This document shows positions 56,808 through 64,000 of a stretch of DNA of 64,000 nt, piece after piece (within the stretch, counting starts at the first letter, position 1; each line of letters begins with the position of its first letter). A program made the position numbers and the translations under genes. Below the pieces are notes generated by a model. It saw nothing but the letters and a program-made list of their open reading frames with translations, was not told the origin of the DNA and ran no database searches. The DNA comes from Mobula hypostoma (Eukaryota): the NCBI RefSeq assembly GCF_963921235.1, contig NC_086108.1, forward strand, positions 16,616,001 to 16,680,000. Reading direction: 5' to 3'.

Positions 56808-58846
56808 AATGTTCCAACAGGAACTGTCCTTTGTTATTCAAATAACAAGCCATGGGTGACAAAGGACATTAAGGACATCCTGAACGCTAAAAAGAGGGTG
56901 CTTAGAGATGGAAATAGGGAGGAGCTGAGGGCAATACAGAGGGACATGAAAGCCAGGATCGGGGAGGCTAAAGACAGGTACAGGAGGGAGCTTGAGTGGA
57001 AACTCCAGCAGAACAACATGAGAGAGGTCTGGAGGGGGATGAGGACCATCACTGGGTTCCGGCAAACTAGCAACAGAGGAGCTGAAGGCAGTGTGGACAG
57101 GGCCAATGAATTTAACCTGTTCTTTAACAGATTTGACATTGTGGCCCCTGCCCATCCCCCACATGAGCCAACTGTTGTCGGCCCCCAACCAACACATATT
57201 CTACTCTCCCCTCCTACCCCTCCTCACAGTCCCCACCCTGCTCTCATGACTATACCCCTTCCCCACACGAAACCACCACGGTGGGCTTCACAGCTGAACA
57301 GGTGAGAAGACAGCTGAAACGTCTCAACCCAAGCAAGGCTGCAGGACCTGATGGTGTCAGTACTAGGGTGCTCAAAGCCTGTGCCCCTCAGCTATGTGGA
57401 GTACTTTGCCATGTATTCAACCTGAGCCTGAGGCTCCGGAGGGTTCCTGTACTGTGGAAGACGTCCTGCCTCGTCCCTGTGCCGAAGACGCCGCGCCCCA
57501 GCGGCCTCAATGACTACAGACCGGTGGTATTGACCTCCCACATCATGAAGACCCTGGAGAGACTTGCTCTGGAGCTGCTCCAGCCTATGGTCAGGCCACA
57601 CTTAGATCCCCTCCAGTTCACCTACCAGCCCCGACTAGGAGTTGAGGATGCCATCGTCTACCTGCTGAACCGTGTCTACGCCCACCTGGACAAGCCAGCG
57701 ACCACTGTGAGGGTCATGTTTTTTGACTTCTCCAGTGCGTTCAACACCATCCGCTCTGCCCTGCTGGGGGAGAAGCCGACAGCGATGCAGGTGGATGCTT
57801 CCCTGGTATCATGGATTCTTGATTACCTGACTGGCAGACCACAGTACGTGAGCTTGCAACACTGTGTGTCCGACAGAGTGATCAGCAGCACTGGGGCTCC
57901 ACAGGGGACTGTCTTGTCTCCCTTTCTCTTCACCATTTACACTTCGGACTTCAACTACAGCACAGAGTCTTGTCATCTTCAGAAGTTTTCGGATGACTGC
58001 CATAGTTGGATGCATCAACAAGGGAGATGAGGCTGAGTACAGGGCTACGGTAGGAAACTTTGTCACATGGTGTGAGCAGAATTATCTGCAGCTTAATGTG
58101 AAAAAGACTAAGGAGCTGGTGGTAGACCTGAGGACAGCTAAGGTACCGCTGACCCCTGTTTCCATCCAGGGGGTCAGTGTGGACATGGCGGAGGATTACA
58201 AATACCTGAGGATACGAATTGATGATAAACTGGACTGGTCAAAGAACACTGAGGCTGTCTACAAGAAGGGTCAGAGCCGTCTCTATTTCCTGATGAGACT
58301 GAGGTCCTTTCACATCTGCCGGACGATGTTGAGGATGTTCTACGAGTCTGTGGTGTCCAGTGCTATTATGTTTGCTGTTGTATGCTGGGGCAGCAGGCTG
58401 AGGGTAGCAGACACCAACAGAATCAACAAACTCATTCGTAAGGCCAGTGATGTTGTGGGGATGGAATGGGACTCTCTCACGGTGGTGTCTGAAAAGAGGA
58501 TGCTGTCTAAGATGCGTGCCTTCTTGGTCAATGTCTCCCATCCACTACATAATGTACTGGGTGGGCACAGGAGTACATTCAGCTAGAGACTCATTCCACC
58601 GAGATGCAGCACAGAGCGTCATAGGAAGTCATTCCTGCCTGTGGCCATCAAACTTTACAACTCCTCCCTTGGAGGGTCAGACACCCCGAGTCAATAGGCT
58701 GGTCCTGGACTTATTTCATAATTTACTGGCATAATTTACATATTACTATTTAACTATTTATGGTTCTATTGCTATGTATTATTTATGGTGCAACTGTAAC
58801 GAAAACCAATTTCCCCTGGGATCAATAAAGTATGACTATGACTATA
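56808..58846 (+). mobile_element. Rex1/Babar-type LINE family C, RT and 3' end, few disruptions
   Basis: [47 protein letters not shown]; tail aataaagtatgactatgactat. Confidence 0.92.
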
Positions 58847-58984
58847 AACAACTCTCCTTCTCATACCACTTTGCCATGCAATCATAGGAAGTGCTATATA
58901 CGTCCTTTTATCTCTTACCATTCTACCAACCAGACACTCTTAATAGTCCTTTAAGGTGAAGCAGTGACTCACTTGTACTTCTTC

Positions 58985-61885
58985 GACTACAGCTCATCAT
59001 TCATACCATCATCCCCTCAAAACTAATCAATAAGCTTTTAGACCTTGGCCTCTATACCTCCTTCTACAACTGGATACTTGATTTCCTCTCTTAGAGATCC
59101 CAGACAGTTGGGATTGGCAACAACGTCTCCTCCACAATCTCTATCAGCACTGATGCACCACAAGACTGTGTTCTTAGCCCCTTTTTCTACTTGCTTTATA
59201 CTTAAAACTGTGAGGTTAAGCATAGCTCCAACGCCATGTTTTAGATTAGATTCAACTTTATTGTCATTGTGCCAAGTACAGATGCAAAGCAATGAAATGG
59301 ATTTAGCATCTGACCAGAAATGCAAAGAATAGTGTTATTTATAAAATAACTGCAAATAAAAAAGTGCTACAGCACACAAATATAAAAGTACTGAGACAGT
59401 ACAATACTGCTTATCGCTGTGATGAGAGGTTCAGCAGTGTCACAGCCTCAGGGAAGAAGCTCTTCCTGTGCTTGCTGGTGCGGAAGTGGAGACTCCTGTA
59501 GCGCCTACCAGATGGGAGGAGAGTAAAAAGTCCATGGTTAGGGCGAGATGCATCCCTGATAATGCTTTTCGCCCTGCCCAGGCAGCGTTTATGGTAGATG
59601 TTCCCAATGGTGGGCAACTGGTTGCCGATAATCCGCTGAGCAGTTTTCATCACACGCTGGAGTGCTTTGAGGTCCGATACGGGACAATTGTCATACCACA
59701 CTGAGATGCAGTTGGTGAGTATGCTCTCAATGGTACAGCGGTAAAAGTCCGTCAGTATCCTGGGATAGAGGTGAGCTTTCTTCATGCTCCGCAGGAACTA
59801 AAGGCGCTGTTGCGCCTTTTTGATCAGGATGGAGGAATTCAGGTACCAGGTGAGATCTTCGGAAATGTGGACACCAAGGAATTTGAAGCTTGATACACGC
59901 TCCACTACAGTTCCGTTGATGTAGATGGGGACGTGAGTGTGACTCCTGGCACGCCTGAAGTCCACAATGATCTCCTTGGGCCAGATTGTTGTCGGCACAC
60001 CATGCAGCCAGGTGCTGGACTTCGTCCCTGTAGACCATCTCATCATCCCCTCTGATCAGACCAACCACCGTGGTGTCGTCTGTGAACTTGATTATGGAGT
60101 TAGAACCATGTACAGGAACACAGTCACAGGTGAAAAGGGAGTACAGAAGAGGGCTCAGCACACAGCCTTGAGGCACGCCGGTGTTCAGGGTGAGAGTGGA
60201 GGAGGAGAGGTTGTCTAACTTAACTGATTGGGGTCTGTTAGTCAGAAAGTCCAAGGTCCAATTGCAAAGGGATACCTTGATATCATGCTGGCAAAGTTTG
60301 GTGATCAGCTTGGAGGGGATCACAGTATTGAATGCCGAACTGAAGTCAATGAACAGCATTCTGACGTAAGCATTGGGGCTGTCCAGGTAGGTCAGGGCAG
60401 AGTGAAGTGCTGTGGAGATGGCATCCTCTGTTGACCTGTTGGTGCGGTAGGCAAATTGATGGGGGTCCAGGGTAGAGGGCAGACAGGATTTCAGATGTGA
60501 TAGAACCAGTCCCTCAAAGCACTTTGCAATGATGGGGGTGAGTGCAACTGGACGGAAGTCATTCAGGCCTGTGGCAGTGGGATGCTTTGGCACTGGCACG
60601 ATGGTGGTGATCTAGAAGCTTGTGGGGACAACTGCCTGGGCCAAGGACAGATTAAAAATGTCCGTGAAGACCCCGGCCAACTGCCCTGCACAGACTCTGA
60701 GCACACGGCCAGGTATTTCATCCAGACCAGCTGCCTTCCGTATATTCACCATGCTCAGTGTGGCGTAAACATCGGAGGTGGAAAGTGAGAGAGGCAGTTC
60801 ACCAGGTGGGAGATCCACTTTGAGGGTGACCTCCTTGTTCTCTCGATCAAAGCGAGCGTAGAAGTAATTGAGCTCATCAGGGAGGGAAGCAGAGCTGGAA
60901 GGGGGCACAGTACTAGAAGGTTTGAGGTCTGTAATGACCTGTATGCCATGCCACATGCTAGCAACAGCACTGTCACTGGCTGAATCAAAGGTGGTGACGA
61001 ATCAGCTTATAGGAGGGAGAATGAAAATCTGACTGAGTGGTGCCAGAACAACCACCTCTCACTCAATGTCAGCAAGACCAAGGAGCTGATTATTGACTTC
61101 AGGTGGAGAAAACCAGCAGTCCGTAAGCTCCAATGATCTCCCTCATTGGGGGATTGGGGTGGAAATGGTCATCAGTTTTATATTCCTTGGTGTAACAGTT
61201 TCAGACGATCTGTCCTAGGCCCAGCACATAAGTGCAATTATGAAGAAAGCAAAGCAGCATCTTTACTTCCTTAGAAGTTTGCAAAGATTTGACATGGCAT
61301 CTTAAACCTTTGACAGACTTCTATAGATGTGTTGTGGAGAATATATTGACTGGTTGCATCATATACTGGTATGGAAACACCAAAGCCCTTAAATGGAAAA
61401 TCCTACAAAAAGTAGTGGATACAGCCTAGTCCATAATGGGTAAAGTCCTCTCCACCATTGAGCTCAACTACATGGACAACAGTCGCAGGAAAGCAGCATC
61501 CACCACACAGGCCATGCTCTCTTCTTGCTGTTGCTATCAGGAAGGTACAGGAGTCTCAGGATCTACACCATCGGTTTAGGATCAGTTATTACCCTTCAAC
61601 CATTGGGCTCTGACCCAGAGGGGTCAACTTCACTGAACTATTCCCACAACCTATGGACTCACATTCAAGGACTCTTCATCTCATGTTCTTGATATTTATT
61701 GTTTATCTATTTATTATTATTAAATGTTTGCTGTCTTTTGCACATTGGCTGTTTGTCCATCCTGTTGGGTGCAGTCTTTCATTGGGTGCATAAATTTACT
61801 GTTTATGCTACAAAAAAGTGAATCTCAGAGTTGTATATGATTACCTCTATGTACTTTGATAATAAATTTATTTTGCACTTTGAAT
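58985..61885 (+). mobile_element. Rex1/Babar family B LINE, split by a family A copy and itself within an old Penelope fragment (~58850-58985, ~61885-62135)
   Basis: RT pieces on both sides of 59240-60957; tail aataataaatttattttgcactttgaa; flanking LVYCIQCLQSGLLCTGETKQRL. Confidence 0.78.
59240..60957 (-). mobile_element. Rex1/Babar-type LINE family A, RT and 3' end
   Basis: [40 protein letters not shown]; (tctaa)n tail. Confidence 0.93.
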
Positions 61886-62259
61886 CTAGTGTACTGCATA
61901 CAATGTTTACAATCTGGTCTCCTCTGTACTGGAGAAACCAAACAGAGATTATGCCATTGCTATGAGGAACACCTGTGTTTAGTCTGTAAGGGTGACCCTG
62001 AGCTTTCTGCTACCCATCAGTTTAATTCTCTATCCTTTGTCACATTGACTCTTCTGTATGTGACCTCCTGCATTGTTACAAGGAGACTCAACATAAACCT
62101 GAAGAACAACTTATCTTCTATCTGCGCATATTGACCTAGAACTCCCCATGACAAAATGCCTCAAAATGTATGTATAATTTAATGAACAACCCTAATCTAG
62201 ATAAGTCACTTATTATATGATAATGAAGCCAGCTTGTCTTCATGTGGGATGCGGGCTAG

Positions 62260-63600
62260 GGTTTATTCAAACTAATGACCTCATCCATCCAACCAACAGG
62301 AGCCATGTGAATCACATCTAGATAGTATTCAAATCAACCATAATTAGCACGCTCATGAAGACTTGTGGCTTCTCCAGCAAAATACACATTTTATTTGTTC
62401 AATATGTTTGATGACTGCAATGAGAAGATTCAGGAACTAATGAATAAAAAATGCAATGCATTCTTGGACTATAAAAGGAAAATTTGAACAGGCTGGAGTT
62501 CAACAGAGAACTGTAACTTTAAGCATAGATAACAAGTAGAAACAGCACAGGAGGTGCAGTAACTTGTACCATGACATGCAGTGTGCCTTCAGCAATGTCA
62601 AGGCCCAAATATTCAAGGACTCACTCCAATGACAGCTAAGAACAAAAGTAAACTTATCAAGCACAGAGACGCAGTTAGTGCTTGCAGGAGGAACAACTCA
62701 AACAACTCCTCATGAGTGTTCTTGATACATTTCCATCATTTGACTGGTAAGAGACTGAAAATACCAGATGCCAAACAGGCCCTCAAGAGCAGCTGAAGTT
62801 CTAATACTTGGCAGAGAGAAAGTTCCATCACAAATTCACAATCATAATTCCCATGTTTGGGAAGAGGAGAACATACGAGTGGATTTCAATAAATCTACAA
62901 TCATGACCATTTTCAACAAAGGAGAGAAGTCCAACAGTGTTGATTACAGAGGAACTCTGTTATCTGCCACAGGGAAAGTTTCACCAAGGTCTTCAACAGC
63001 TGTCTCCTTCCAGTGGCTCAAAGCTGCTCTCCATATTACAATGTGGGTTCTATCCCTCTAGAGACCCAACAAACGTGATTTTCAACATGTGTCAAATCCA
63101 AGAATAATGCATCAGCCACTACATATAGCTTTGGCCTCACAAGAGATTTAACTTCAGTTATCAAGTGGGATTGCAGAGCTTCATTCTCAAATTTGCCTAT
63201 CTGTAGAAATTCACCTCCATCTTACGTATACTTGCCATGATCGTAACCAGATTCTCGGTATTCCCAATCTCAGTGCAGATTGGCATCAAGCAAGGCTGTG
63301 TCACTACGCAAGATGTTTCTCAATTTTCCTAGCCACCTGCAGAGAGCTTCCCACTGGAGAGGAGCTAATCTACATGACCAACCAATATCAACTCTACACA
63401 AGTAACAAGTTCATGTCAACTTCAGCCATTGAGCTTGAGTTGTGCTCTTTAGGATGCTGACTTTCAAGCCATTGTTGATTCATTTACTGAAGCAAATGAG
63501 GGACTGGAGCATACACATAATATTTGTAAAGCTAGGCTCATTAATCCTGAAGGACTGCCTAATAAGGAAAAAAATATGCATAAAGTGCATAAAGAATGGA
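62260..63600 (+). mobile_element. Degraded RTE-clade LINE RT fragment
   Basis: IMTIFNKGEKSNSVDYRGTLLSATGKV; ggcatcaagcaaggctgtgtc (GIKQGCV). Confidence 0.65.
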
Positions 63601-64000
63601 TTGGGATCAGCTGTGATTACCAATAGTCAAAGTCAATGTCTCCTATGGACAATATTTATCTGGGTTGACACAAGACAAATAAACTGAATTCCAACAATGT
63701 CAATGCTTCACAGAGGAGCTGACAAAAACTGAAAGAGAAACAATAAAAATGACAGATTTTTAGTAATTCTATTCAACAAATGCTCATTTCAGTGGGTAAA
63801 TACCATTACTTGAACACATTACCAGGACAGTTTTTTGGTTTAGACATTTGATCTTCTCCTATGTGACATTACTGGCTAAATACAGCTGTGAGAAACATTC
63901 ATCAGCTTTTATCATTTCTGTGCTGCTTTATCAAGATAGTGTAATTACTGTTCTGTCAATCATCTACAAATGTGCAGTGTTACACTATTTCAAGTTTGGC

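Noticed and set aside
48875..64000. Preceding XPR1 exon (expected ...YYKSRFWLLKLL)
   Set aside because: Not found by eye; probably beyond position 64000.

Overview
Vertebrate genomic DNA. The repeat repertoire (abundant CR1, Rex1/Babar-type, RTE, Penelope-like and Gypsy elements, plus Tc1 and hAT derivatives) suggests a cartilaginous fish, probably a ray; this is inference. The window lies inside the XPR1 (SLC53A1, phosphate exporter / xenotropic-polytropic retrovirus receptor) gene on the minus strand. Two coding exons were found by eye, neither represented in the ORF track: 48874-48709 (166 nt) and 25370-25176 (195 nt). They are probably exons 10 and 11 by human numbering and splice in frame across a 23.3-kb intron. 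Most of the rest is nested transposon debris, and many insertions still have readable target-site duplications (TSDs). The most notable signal is a Penelope-like family whose terminal repeat carries a minimal type I hammerhead ribozyme (agtc-CTGACGA-stem-GAAACGTC-gact). It occurs in about 14 copies. These include ~95-200 bp ribozyme-plus-tail mini-insertions (one with a TSD and an empty site in the window), a tandem ribozyme dimer, and TSD-flanked palindromic double insertions. Other highlights are a hAT MITE inserted inverted into a copy of itself and built from two nested TIR types, a full-length CR1 with 103-bp tandem 5' monomers, and an apparent ORF1 swap between CR1 copies. Boundaries of old, decayed elements are approximate.
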